A model generated the notes under the pieces. The model was not told the DNA's origin. It saw nothing but the letters and a program-made list of their open reading frames with translations, and made no database searches. From sequence record OR413575.1: DNA of 64,000 bases; one strand, written 5' to 3'. A program made the position numbers and the translations under genes. This document shows, piece after piece, positions 1-8,932 of this stretch; the first letter of the stretch is position 1; every line of letters starts with the position of its first letter.

Positions 1-71
1 TTTTTTTTTTGTCAAAAATGAGATAGTCTTGCTATTAGTTGAGCTAAGTTTCCATTATTCGAGGTCTTACC

Positions 72-482
72 ATGTTCCCTAAATTCAAAGTTAAAATGTC
101 AGTGATGGCACTGGACAAGAAAACGCGTTTCGAAGATTATCCGTTTGCAGAAATGGAATTCATGGTTCGGGATTCACTTATTATCGCTATCGATAGTAAA
201 TCCCCGTCCGTATTCAAGTTCATTACTGACCAACTGAAGAAGTTGTCTTTAGCTGTGCCTACAGCTGATGAACTGGCCGCTGACGAATATATGTTCACCA
301 GCGCTAACGACATTATCAAGTTCAACCACGACTTGAAAGAAACTCGTGGTGTCGTAGCTGATAAATTCAACGCCCTTATTCTGAATGGCCTGAATAACAC
401 GTTCGGTACTATTCTCGATATCCAGCACAAAACACGTTTCTTTAACGTGGACATTAAAATCTCTGTTGAGCGTGAGGAATAA
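72..482 (+). CDS. hypothetical protein (136 aa)
   Basis: ATG preceded by GAGG; coding-like composition; directly followed by next ORF. Confidence 0.7.
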   Translation: MFPKFKVKMSVMALDKKTRFEDYPFAEMEFMVRDSLIIAIDSKSPSVFKFITDQLKKLSLAVPTADELAADEYMFTSANDIIKFNHDLKETRGVVADKFNALILNGLNNTFGTILDIQHKTRFFNVDIKISVEREE

Positions 483-485
483 CTA

Positions 486-1136
486 ATGATGCAATACAGC
501 CTGACTATTAACTCCCGTGTACCGTTTATCTTCAACGGTTCTAACATTCTGCAAACTCACGCAAATGCCGTGTTGAAAGCAAAAGACCTGAGCGAGCTAT
601 CTCGTCTGGTAGCTAACATCGCCGCAACAGCTGATGTTCCTTCACAACCAGACAGCACGATGATTCGTACGTTGGCGTCTATGCCGATGTACATGTCAGA
701 AAACCGTCGTGAATGGAACGTTCGTAATGAAGGGGCTGGTTTCACTATTTGCCTGATGCCTTACGAAGAACCTTACGCTGGCGAAGGCCGCCGTTACGAA
801 TTAAAAGTCGTTACTAAGAGCGGGTATCTGACAGCGGTTAACTCTTCACTACGCTTCACTGAGTTAGTAGTTGATATTGCTGCACATTCCCCGAAAGACC
901 TGAGTGCGCGTATCGCAGAAACAATGAGCGAAATCGTACCTTTCTACGGGCTGGATTCTGGTCTTGATAAAGATGTCATTCAGGACATCCAAGATATCCG
1001 TGCTGAGCAGCTAAAAGCACTGCGAGACTTCGCGACTATCAACAGCCCGGAAGCGTGCTGGATTCGTCACCCGATGATTGAAGCATATAGCGACGGTTAT
1101 ATGGAAATCAGCCTTATCTATAAAGGCGTACTCTGA
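486..1136 (+). CDS. hypothetical protein (216 aa)
   Basis: Long ORF 3 nt after previous stop, GAGGA upstream, followed by hairpin terminator. Confidence 0.75.
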   Translation: MMQYSLTINSRVPFIFNGSNILQTHANAVLKAKDLSELSRLVANIAATADVPSQPDSTMIRTLASMPMYMSENRREWNVRNEGAGFTICLMPYEEPYAGEGRRYELKVVTKSGYLTAVNSSLRFTELVVDIAAHSPKDLSARIAETMSEIVPFYGLDSGLDKDVIQDIQDIRAEQLKALRDFATINSPEACWIRHPMIEAYSDGYMEISLIYKGVL

Positions 1137-1142
1137 CAAACT

Positions 1143-1175
1143 CCCTAGTAGCCTTTTCGGGCTACTAGGGCTTTA
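1143..1175 (+). terminator. intrinsic terminator hairpin
   Basis: Perfect 11-bp stem CCCTAGTAGCC/GGCTACTAGGG, loop TTTTCG, short T tail. Confidence 0.7.
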
Positions 1176-1190
1176 TGACATTCTAACTTG

Positions 1191-1221
1191 ATTTCAGTTA
1201 TATATTACTTTAGTGAAGAAG
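1191..1221 (+). promoter_or_regulatory. putative early (virion RNAP) promoter
   Basis: ATTTCAG-TTATAT-ATTAC-TTTAGTGAAG contains TATATTAC, the phiKZ-type early promoter core; same layout recurs at 8874 and 41771. Confidence 0.7.
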
Positions 1222-1264
1222 ATATCCTTCTTTATAATTAAACTATTTAAATAGGAGATATACC

Positions 1265-1492
1265 ATGACTTATTCAATCGAACTGTTCCGTACCGATGAT
1301 CAATCTATGCCAGTACAGGAATCAACTGCGTATGACCACGCAGGTTTAGCATTCAATGGTTTGTTCGTAGAGAACGATGATATCTTAGATGTTAATGAAG
1401 TTGTTGCTGAGTACATCGCTAAAGGTGAAGGTCGTCAAGAGTTCCAAACTTCTTGCCCGTCTTACTTCCTGCGCATCACTCAAAACCAATAA
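1265..1492 (+). CDS. small acidic early protein (75 aa), paralog of next ORF
   Basis: AGGAG RBS; downstream of early promoter; aligns by eye with 1504..1782. Confidence 0.75.
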   Translation: MTYSIELFRTDDQSMPVQESTAYDHAGLAFNGLFVENDDILDVNEVVAEYIAKGEGRQEFQTSCPSYFLRITQNQ

Positions 1493-1503
1493 TAAAAGGG
1501 GCT

Positions 1504-1782
1504 ATGAACATGTCTTACTTATTTGAAATTATCCGTGATGATGAAGTAATTCTGGCCAGTACCTATGACACTTTAGAAGATGCGTCGCTAGCCGAAGAAT
1601 TCAAACCATATTTCGAAGAAGACCCTTCGGCAGAAGAACCAGAAGCAATCTTCGATATTGACGACCTCGTCAATGAAATGGTAATGTATCCAAATGACCG
1701 TTATGTATTCAACGGTCTGTACGGTTATGTACTTAAAGTAACTGAGCAATTTGAAGGAGGTATTGATGATCTCCCCTATTGA
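1504..1782 (+). CDS. small acidic early protein (~92 aa; start 1504 or 1510)
   Basis: ORF-track start 1453 overlaps previous gene; AAGGGG RBS precedes ATGs at 1504/1510. Confidence 0.7.
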   Translation: MNMSYLFEIIRDDEVILASTYDTLEDASLAEEFKPYFEEDPSAEEPEAIFDIDDLVNEMVMYPNDRYVFNGLYGYVLKVTEQFEGGIDDLPY

Positions 1783-2251
1783 AAAAGCAGTTAAGATAAT
1801 CGCGGCTAACGCCTTTGAACAATCTGGCTATAATAAAGCCTTAGAGGAAATGAAGATGACTGATAAAATTAAAGATGTTTGGGTAACCGTTAAAGTTGAA
1901 CTGAACGGTAAACGCGTTTCCGCTATCTACGGCGAATGGATGGATAGCCTGGCTCTTACTCTTTCGGCACGTCCGCTGATAGAGTCTGATGAAGTAGACC
2001 AGGATGTGCGCTTCAGTGCGGCTGATCAAGCTGAGCGTTTCCTGAACAAAATCGAATTCGCACCTTACCAGAACATTGGTGAGCCTGAGTTCGAAGCAGC
2101 TGTAGAACCAGGTACTGCAAATCTGCGTCAAGCAACTGCTGAATGGTTAGCGATTTATACTGCTGCAGTTGAAGCAGGTAAGATGCCTAACCCGGTATAC
2201 TGCCGTGAGTTCCCGGAGTTTGACATGATAATTACGACCATGTTAAGCTAA
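1766..2251 (+). CDS. hypothetical early protein (161 aa)
   Basis: AGGAGG RBS 5 nt before ATG 1766; followed by terminator. Confidence 0.75.
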   Translation: MISPIEKAVKIIAANAFEQSGYNKALEEMKMTDKIKDVWVTVKVELNGKRVSAIYGEWMDSLALTLSARPLIESDEVDQDVRFSAADQAERFLNKIEFAPYQNIGEPEFEAAVEPGTANLRQATAEWLAIYTAAVEAGKMPNPVYCREFPEFDMIITTMLS

Positions 2252-2259
2252 TACAATCT

Positions 2260-2290
2260 AGAAGGCCCCATCGGGCCTTCTTTTTTTTTT
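2260..2290 (+). terminator. intrinsic terminator
   Basis: AGAAGGCCC-catc-GGGCCTTCT followed by T10. Confidence 0.85.
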
Positions 2291-2345
2291 GGTTTATTTA
2301 TAAATATACGACCATTGTATGTAACTTAAACATGAGGACTTTGAA

Positions 2346-3005
2346 ATGAGTAAGCTCGACAATATCGCTAGCCAAGTGGCTAAGGGTAATCAATTGGCTG
2401 ATGAGCAGCACAAGAACGAACTGCAAGACGAAGCAGCGGTTCGTAATGCCGCGCAAGTAGATCGCGTAGGTGCGTTACCGCAAGACGCTCCTGGGGCTTC
2501 TGAAGGTTTCACTGGCGCTGCACGTAACACTGCTCCTGTTGCCGCACCGATTAAATCCAAACCGTTCTCACCGGATGTAGAGAATGCAATCGAACTCATC
2601 AACACGTATGAGTTGACTATGGGTGCATCTGCACGTGTTAACACTGATATCATCGATGATCAACAGGCGCGCCTGTATAATGCAATCATGATGATTCTGC
2701 AGACTAAAGAACACTCTGACTTCGTTGGCGCTATGGAAGTTCTCTTCCGTAAGTTCCGTGAAGATAAACTGGGCGCGTTCTGTGGTACTCGTTTACGTCG
2801 TCGTATTAACTTTATGCGTCAGCCTTCTGGCGATAAAGCAATGCTGGCTTATACGGGATTCCTGGATCTGTTACAGGTCTTCAGTAACCCGGCTAATCGT
2901 AAGTTGTATTGGACTCGTTTCAACAAACCCGCGGTACTGGCGGTACTAGCTAAACCGGAACTGCGTAAGCGCCTTGAGTCTTACATGAACAACATCAGTC
3001 GTTGA
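2346..3005 (+). CDS. conserved phiKZ-like protein, probably virion-associated (219 aa)
   Basis: GAGGA RBS; TATG late-promoter-like site at 2318-2321; low-complexity N-terminus plus helical C-terminus. Confidence 0.6.
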   Translation: MSKLDNIASQVAKGNQLADEQHKNELQDEAAVRNAAQVDRVGALPQDAPGASEGFTGAARNTAPVAAPIKSKPFSPDVENAIELINTYELTMGASARVNTDIIDDQQARLYNAIMMILQTKEHSDFVGAMEVLFRKFREDKLGAFCGTRLRRRINFMRQPSGDKAMLAYTGFLDLLQVFSNPANRKLYWTRFNKPAVLAVLAKPELRKRLESYMNNISR

Positions 3006-3011
3006 TATTAT

Positions 3012-3037
3012 AAAAGAACCCTTCGGGGTTCTTTTTG
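3012..3037 (+). terminator. intrinsic terminator
   Basis: AAAAGAACCC-TTCG-GGGTTCTTTT. Confidence 0.85.
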
Positions 3038-3090
3038 TGCTGTTACAGTAACACATCTATGTTAAGATAACTTATTTTAAATAGAGGTCG

Positions 3091-3591
3091 GTGATGTTAG
3101 AATCGATGTTAATGTATTCGCCGGGTAAAGTTTCTGGAGACGGGGAAAAAGAATATGAAGAGTTCCTCACTATTATCCAATACATAAAGGAAGTAGCAGC
3201 TAATGGGCAACCTGCTCAACATGTTGGATATCTTAGAGTAAATCTAGCGTATAATGAATCTGGTGGTTTATGGGGGACCCCATGGGAGGATTTCGTAACT
3301 ACTGATTCTAGAATAGCTAGAATAGCTACCCATTGCTTCCCTAATTACGAAGCGCGTAACAATACACACGCTAATGGAAGATATGTCGCTATTAAATTTG
3401 ATTTCCCTGAATTCAGAGGTGCATTTAAAGCACTAAATAGAAATGGGTTAACCAGCTCGTCATTCGGTACTACGTTAGGGCAACAGGTAACGGACTTCAT
3501 TTATTACGATGACGTACTTGAAGGTATGCAAAGAATGAACCCGTCCAAAGGAGAAGGTCCGATCCCGTGGGATAAACAACTTATATTGTAA
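3091..3591 (+). CDS. MLESML-family protein, paralog of 11116..11625
   Basis: GAGG RBS; N-terminal MLESML; shares FxALNRNG and C-terminal IPW/IPF motifs with 11116 ORF; TATG at 3058. Confidence 0.75.
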   Translation: MMLESMLMYSPGKVSGDGEKEYEEFLTIIQYIKEVAANGQPAQHVGYLRVNLAYNESGGLWGTPWEDFVTTDSRIARIATHCFPNYEARNNTHANGRYVAIKFDFPEFRGAFKALNRNGLTSSSFGTTLGQQVTDFIYYDDVLEGMQRMNPSKGEGPIPWDKQLIL

Positions 3592-3628
3592 CAGCACAGA
3601 AGGTACCCCGAAGGGTACCTTCTTTTTT
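3591..3628. terminator. bidirectional terminator, exact 38-bp repeat of 13704..13741
   Basis: AGAAGGTACCC-CGAA-GGGTACCTTCT stem between convergent genes. Confidence 0.85.
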
Positions 3629-3630
3629 CC

Positions 3631-4992
3631 CTATTCAGCAGTAGCTCGCCAATTCCATTTATGCGTCTTCACGGCTACACCGTGCATAAGTTTCATAAAA
3701 ATGTACATCAGGATAGAACCTATATCAACTGCTTGTGCGGACAACGAGTTAGGTTTCCCTTTATAACGTTGTCCTACGCATTTAGCGCAGAAGTTAGGAG
3801 CCTTCTCCCGACAATACTGAGGTGTGAAGATCTCCACTTGTTTACCTTCGTAATTACCCCAGTTATCTTCATCGATAATTACTTGCTTACCGGCATCCAG
3901 AATAGTTGCTCCCAGGTAAATATCCTTACTACCTTTCATCAACGTACGCCGTACACCATACTTAACACCACAATCATCGGAAGTTAATGTGGTGTTCAAG
4001 AAGAAACGTGCAATGAACTTAGCTGCTTCCCCGCCCAATGCGGTCATTGCGCCACGGTTAAACGAGCCATCGATCAGTGAGTTAACCATGTAAGGTAATT
4101 TCTCTAAATCCCAACCTTCTGTTAACGGACGGTCAATGAGAATAACTTTACCATTAGTGACATCACGTTCAATACCGAACATCAGTAATGCCTTAGCACG
4201 GACAACGTCAAATGACTTACCTGGTTGGAGATAACCGCCTTCAGGGTCATTGGCTTGATATGCTTTATCCATTGCAATCAACTCGCCCATGATCTTAGCA
4301 ATAATAGTAGGATCATCGAGTTGGTCTTTATATTCGTTCAGAAGCTCGAGACGACGTTTACGAATATTAGGATCTGTTACTAGGGTGAAAGGCGTTGCGG
4401 CTGGTACACCGAGTTGTGTCCAACCTGATAAGCTATACGCAGCATCGTAGTAATACTTCTCTAAGATATCGACGTAGATCTTAGTGGGATCACGTTCGGT
4501 TCCCATCGGAGGGAGGGACTCTAACTTAGCCGCAATGATTTTCTCTACGCTACCAAGAGAAAATCGTCCTTGTTGGAAAGGGATAACGTCACCAAACGGG
4601 TAACAGAGAACACATTGGTTTACCAACATGTTACCAATCCAAGTTGTAATGTTCTTGGATAAGTTAACCAAATCACCGGCTTTTAGCTGAATCTCTTCTT
4701 TAAAGCTGAACAATGCTTGTCCGGCTTTATACCCTTCTACGGCGGTCCATTCACCGGTATCGGGATCGAGGAACACCGGAGTACCATTAAAGTTAAATAT
4801 TTGGTAGGGGTGTTCTTCATGCGGGTAACGACGTGGTTCATCTCCACGCAGTCCCGGCTTTTCGATAATAGTTGTTGTAACCATCTCTGGTTTATCAGGG
4901 TAGGTAACAATACCCATAGCGTCAATTAGCCAAGTCTTGTAATAACAAGCACCCGCTTTTACCGCCTTCTTAAGATAATCAATACGATCCAT
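3631..4992 (-). CDS. virion RNA polymerase beta' C-terminal subunit (phiKZ gp80-like)
   Basis: beta'-like motifs: GSFNRGAMTALGGEAAK (bridge helix), SDDCG, CAKCVG Zn site, AQAVDIGS...FMKLMHG (trigger loop); split RNAP typical of phiKZ-like phages. Confidence 0.85.
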   Translation of the reverse strand: MDRIDYLKKAVKAGACYYKTWLIDAMGIVTYPDKPEMVTTTIIEKPGLRGDEPRRYPHEEHPYQIFNFNGTPVFLDPDTGEWTAVEGYKAGQALFSFKEEIQLKAGDLVNLSKNITTWIGNMLVNQCVLCYPFGDVIPFQQGRFSLGSVEKIIAAKLESLPPMGTERDPTKIYVDILEKYYYDAAYSLSGWTQLGVPAATPFTLVTDPNIRKRRLELLNEYKDQLDDPTIIAKIMGELIAMDKAYQANDPEGGYLQPGKSFDVVRAKALLMFGIERDVTNGKVILIDRPLTEGWDLEKLPYMVNSLIDGSFNRGAMTALGGEAAKFIARFFLNTTLTSDDCGVKYGVRRTLMKGSKDIYLGATILDAGKQVIIDEDNWGNYEGKQVEIFTPQYCREKAPNFCAKCVGQRYKGKPNSLSAQAVDIGSILMYIFMKLMHGVAVKTHKWNWRATAE

Positions 4993-4994
4993 TA

Positions 4995-5834
4995 TTAATC
5001 TCCCAGATCGATTTTATTCAGGGCACGACTAATCCCTAACATCAAGTCAGGTCGATCATCATAACGGCTCTGAACGTATTCACCAACACGAGCAATAATA
5101 GAGTCTCGTGGTATCTTAGCCATTACCGCTGCCAATACGAAGAACACTGCCAACCCATGTGGAGTATAGTCATTGTCATTAGGTACCATAGCATAAGCAT
5201 AATCGTTAATGTCTTGACCGAACCGCCAACCTTGTTGTAACAATGACAGAGGATGCGGGTTACCGAAACGTTCGGATAAAGTAGAAAGGTATTTAGCCGT
5301 TTCAATCTCATCATTAGTATAATCGTCTTCAGTGTTCAGACGTTCTACGGCTTCGGTGGATACAGTACGCATACGACGAGGTAAAGAAGTAGAAACGTCA
5401 GAAATCAATTCCATGATGCGTTCTGCTTTATTAAAGGAAGTAACACTGACTACTAGTTCAGCGATAAGTTCCGCGCTCGGTAATGATTGATCCATTAACT
5501 GAATCAACTCTGACTGGTCGTCGTATTGATCGTACGTATACAACATCTTCATCAGGTAAGTTAAAGGTTCGACTGCATTAGCATCAACCATATCCATTTC
5601 CAGATATACGCCGAACTCTTCAATACTGGCTCTGAGATGTTGGAGTAACAGATCATCAAAGTCTGCTACGTTATAAATAGTAGAGTTGTCAAATACTGTG
5701 TTGTAGAAGTTATCGAACGTTAAATCGTATAAGGCAACGTCCTTCAGTAATAAATTACTCACTGACTCCTTATATATGACCATCCGTTCTGGTGACACTC
5801 TCGTTGCAAACAAGTCGAGTATTTTGTGGTGCAT
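4995..5834 (-). CDS. conserved hypothetical protein co-transcribed with the vRNAP subunit (279 aa)
   Basis: GGGAG RBS on minus strand; stop 2 nt before next start. Confidence 0.75.
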   Translation of the reverse strand: MHHKILDLFATRVSPERMVIYKESVSNLLLKDVALYDLTFDNFYNTVFDNSTIYNVADFDDLLLQHLRASIEEFGVYLEMDMVDANAVEPLTYLMKMLYTYDQYDDQSELIQLMDQSLPSAELIAELVVSVTSFNKAERIMELISDVSTSLPRRMRTVSTEAVERLNTEDDYTNDEIETAKYLSTLSERFGNPHPLSLLQQGWRFGQDINDYAYAMVPNDNDYTPHGLAVFFVLAAVMAKIPRDSIIARVGEYVQSRYDDRPDLMLGISRALNKIDLGD

Positions 5835-5973
5835 AACCCTGTTCTCCCGTAAGGTAATTAGGAATAGAGTATAGTGAGATATAACTGTTGAATAACTCAG
5901 CTCCTCACACTTGTTCCTTAGGACTTTTCATAGAAGAGTGTAATTATTTATTTTTTTAACGAGGATTTTAAGA

Positions 5974-6585
5974 ATGCCTGTTTCTAAAAACAAACGTAAG
6001 AATGCACAAGCCAAGAAACGTCAACATACCGCTCGTGTTGAACGTCAGAAGCGTTTAAACTCTGCGCCTGTTGTATTGGCACAGGGTCTGAAAGGATTCG
6101 ACGTCGTACTGGAAAACGTCCGTCAAGTATCTACCATGTACGTTCGTGTTACCAAAGCGATTCCGGACTATCAGGAAACTAATCCTGATTTATTACCTGG
6201 CCTGGCAAAAGCTATCCCTATTCTGAAAGAAGTTATTGCCACTCGCGACAAGATCACTGAGGAAGTGAAACGTCTGCATCAAGCAGGTGTGCGCGACCAG
6301 CTCGAATACATGGATTGTATGCAAGCGTTCGAAGCCATGACCATCCGTCTGGGCGTTGATTTCATGGATGAGTTCATGCCGATCTTCGATTGCCTGGAAG
6401 AACTGGGCGAGAAATATAGCAGCGTTGACCTGGATCTGGTAACGGGTACTCGCAAACAGCTGCAAGAGCACAAACCCGAATTCAAAACCGATCTAGGTGT
6501 ACCGATGATCGATCCGACTAAAAGCGGTCAGGTTGGATACGCCGCACCAATCGGTACTCTGGTAGAAGAAGCCTCCGCCGAATAA
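5974..6585 (+). CDS. hypothetical protein with basic N-terminus (203 aa)
   Basis: GAGGA RBS; MPVSKNKRK N-terminus then helical region. Confidence 0.8.
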   Translation: MPVSKNKRKNAQAKKRQHTARVERQKRLNSAPVVLAQGLKGFDVVLENVRQVSTMYVRVTKAIPDYQETNPDLLPGLAKAIPILKEVIATRDKITEEVKRLHQAGVRDQLEYMDCMQAFEAMTIRLGVDFMDEFMPIFDCLEELGEKYSSVDLDLVTGTRKQLQEHKPEFKTDLGVPMIDPTKSGQVGYAAPIGTLVEEASAE

Positions 6586-6596
6586 GGTAATTCGTA

Positions 6597-8444
6597 ATGG
6601 AACAAGATAAAGATAAAGATCTTGAACTGGGTGGTGGCATCCCAGTTCAAGTAACAGCTCCTGTAAAGCCAGCTCATCGCCCGACTCATCCTGACGATGT
6701 ACGTCCAATCAATATGGATGAAGACGGCGTGGACGACAGTGTAGTTGCTGAGATTGGACTTGAGCCTGTAGTAGCTGAACCAATCCCGGCCATCGCCACC
6801 GTTGAAGAAGTAGCAGCAGAAGGGGTTGCTGATACTACGCCCGAACCGGTAGTGGACGATAATGACGGTGCATTACCTACTGGCGAAACTCAAGTAGAAA
6901 CAGGAAGTATCTGGGACGAGTGCGATGAATTATATCAACCGCCTCAGAACTTTGCGAATCTGCAAGCGGTCTTCACGGAAGAAGAAGCCGAACGTGGCAC
7001 TGACATTACCCTGTCACCTACCAACCGCCGTAACCTCAATATTCTGGGCGATAGTAAAGAAATCAAAACGGATGAAGATTTCCTTTACATGATCCAAGCT
7101 CAGAACGCTAACCTGTTAGTGCAACCTGACGATGTACGTATCAAACGTATCAGTCGTGAAGGCTCTGACTGGATGCAGAATGTCCCTATCGAAAAACGCC
7201 TGGAGAAAGGACCTGACCGCATTGGGTTCCTAGTATCCGGCGCTAAGAAGGCTAAGTCTGCTGGCGAAGAACTTACTGGCCAAGCAGCGATGGATCGCTT
7301 CATGCAGGGCACTACGCTTGGTAGTCCCATCACTATCCCATTAGTGAACACGGGTATCTGGGTTAAGATGGCTCCCGCATCAGCTGCCTATCTGTCGGAA
7401 CTGGATCGTACTCTGGCGTACGCTCGTATGCAAGTAGGTCTGGATGTAAACGGCCTGTACGGTTCTAGCGATGACTTGATCTTCCGTGAACTGATCAACG
7501 AAGCTGCATTGAAGTTGATTACTGCGTCTAACTACGTGGTATCCAACCCAATGGATCTACGTGAAGTCATCGATGATGAAGATCGTGCAACTCTGGCATG
7601 GGGACTGGCTAAGGTTCTGTATCCGAAAGGTATCATGGTATCCATTCCATGTATTGATCCTAACTGTGGTCATATCAGCACTTTCCGCGCAAACCCGGCC
7701 CGTATGCATATCATCGACCGTAGTAAGCTGACGCCTAAGCAACAAGAATACCTGAGCCGTGGTATTGGTCGCCAGATGACGCTCGAAGATATCGAAGACT
7801 ATAAAGCGCAGTTCGCTATTGGTAATAAATCTACTGTTCGTATCATGAACCGTGAGTTTATCTTCCGTAGCCCGACTATCGCTGAGAAGTTGCAGATCGG
7901 TCGTAGTTATCTGAGTACGGTTAACCGCGCAGTAGATGAAGCCATGGCGTCCACGCCTGATGACGATACGAAACGCAGCAATATCATGCAGCAGATCACA
8001 TCCATCGAGCAGACTGTACGCTACGCGCACTATATCGCTGAAATCCGTATTTACAACGATAACGATAGCGATGATAACTATTCGTCTATTACTGACGAAG
8101 AAACTATCCGTAATATCCTTCGTACCCTGGGTAACTCCCCGGAAATGACCGAAGCGGTAATGAATGGTGTTGAAGAGTACCTGGTGGATTTAGGTGCAGC
8201 CAACATTGTTTACCCGAACACGCCATGTTCCAAGTGTAAACATACCGATGTACCAGAGAAGATGAAGAACAAGTTACTGCTTCCTTTTGATCCAGAAACT
8301 GGTTTTTTTATCCTTGCCCAACGCAAGATTTCGCTGGCGGGGGGCAATCTGCTCACAGACCTCTCGACGTTCGGTGTCGCGAATTTGGAACAAGCGGTCC
8401 TGGAAGCGCAGCAAACAGCGTCCTTCGATCGAAGCATACTTTAA
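6597..8444 (+). CDS. putative tail assembly chaperone / baseplate hub assembly protein, G-like (615 aa)
   Basis: Acidic disordered N-terminus; two Cys pairs (CIDPNC, CSKC) as in T4 gp26/gp51-type assembly factors; slippery site near 3' end. Confidence 0.55.
   Translation: MEQDKDKDLELGGGIPVQVTAPVKPAHRPTHPDDVRPINMDEDGVDDSVVAEIGLEPVVAEPIPAIATVEEVAAEGVADTTPEPVVDDNDGALPTGETQVETGSIWDECDELYQPPQNFANLQAVFTEEEAERGTDITLSPTNRRNLNILGDSKEIKTDEDFLYMIQAQNANLLVQPDDVRIKRISREGSDWMQNVPIEKRLEKGPDRIGFLVSGAKKAKSAGEELTGQAAMDRFMQGTTLGSPITIPLVNTGIWVKMAPASAAYLSELDRTLAYARMQVGLDVNGLYGSSDDLIFRELINEAALKLITASNYVVSNPMDLREVIDDEDRATLAWGLAKVLYPKGIMVSIPCIDPNCGHISTFRANPARMHIIDRSKLTPKQQEYLSRGIGRQMTLEDIEDYKAQFAIGNKSTVRIMNREFIFRSPTIAEKLQIGRSYLSTVNRAVDEAMASTPDDDTKRSNIMQQITSIEQTVRYAHYIAEIRIYNDNDSDDNYSSITDEETIRNILRTLGNSPEMTEAVMNGVEEYLVDLGAANIVYPNTPCSKCKHTDVPEKMKNKLLLPFDPETGFFILAQRKISLAGGNLLTDLSTFGVANLEQAVLEAQQTASFDRSIL
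8303..8309 (+). other. putative programmed -1 ribosomal frameshift site (T TTT TTT)
   Basis: GGT TTT TTT ATC in zero frame; -1 frame open from 8291 to the stop at 8825-8827. Confidence 0.7.
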
Positions 8445-8461
8445 CCAATCTACAGGCGCAG

Positions 8462-8827
8462 ATGATGCTACGTCGCGCCTACGATCTGGATAATAAGATA
8501 TACGACAGTGCGTATGAGAATGCGCACCCGTATGCATTGATTGAAGCCCATACTGCCGAGACTAATGCATTCAACTCGCTATTCCATCGGTACGCAGAAC
8601 GGTATGAACGATTCGGCGTAGAGTCGAGATTCCACTTATCATTGACAGAGTTTATGCAGTATAGCCCTGAAGATGTTGAGTGGATGTTATCGTATTGCGA
8701 ACATCGCCAGATGGAAGAGAAGAAAGCGCATGACGAAGCTAATGGGAAAGCCAAGTCGATCGTGACAGATAAGACACAAGTCGCATCCGACTTTAGATCG
8801 ATGATGGAACAGAAAGGCAAAGTCTGA
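8462..8827 (+). CDS. T-like C-terminal part of the frameshift product (ORF-track 121 aa; frame open from 8291)
   Basis: FHLSLTEFMQYSPEDVEWML resembles the helical gpT motif; only a weak RBS; lies in -1 frame of upstream gene. Confidence 0.7.
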   Translation: MMLRRAYDLDNKIYDSAYENAHPYALIEAHTAETNAFNSLFHRYAERYERFGVESRFHLSLTEFMQYSPEDVEWMLSYCEHRQMEEKKAHDEANGKAKSIVTDKTQVASDFRSMMEQKGKV

Positions 8828-8866
8828 CAGAGAGGAGCATTACGCTCCTCTCTGCTTTGTGCTGTC
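8828..8866 (+). terminator. hairpin element (AGAGGAGC-attac-GCTCCTCT family)
   Basis: Perfect 11-bp stem CAGAGAGGAGC/GCTCCTCTCTG; same core at 20121 and 59725. Confidence 0.7.
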
Positions 8867-8873
8867 TAATTTA

Positions 8874-8904
8874 ATTACAGATATATATCATTATAGTGAA
8901 GAAG
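8874..8904 (+). promoter_or_regulatory. putative early promoter
   Basis: ATTACAG-ATATAT-ATCAT-TATAGTGAAG, same spacing as 1191 and 41771. Confidence 0.65.
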
Positions 8905-8932
8905 TAATCCAATTCATTAGAGGAACATTTAA

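Noticed and set aside
2281-2290. T10-T11 homopolymers as phase-variation tracts
   Set aside because: All lie in intergenic terminator tails, not in coding or promoter-spacer positions
8287-8493. 68-aa plus-strand ORF near the slippery site
   Set aside because: It is in the +1 frame and stops at 8493; the -1 frame is the one continuous with the downstream gene
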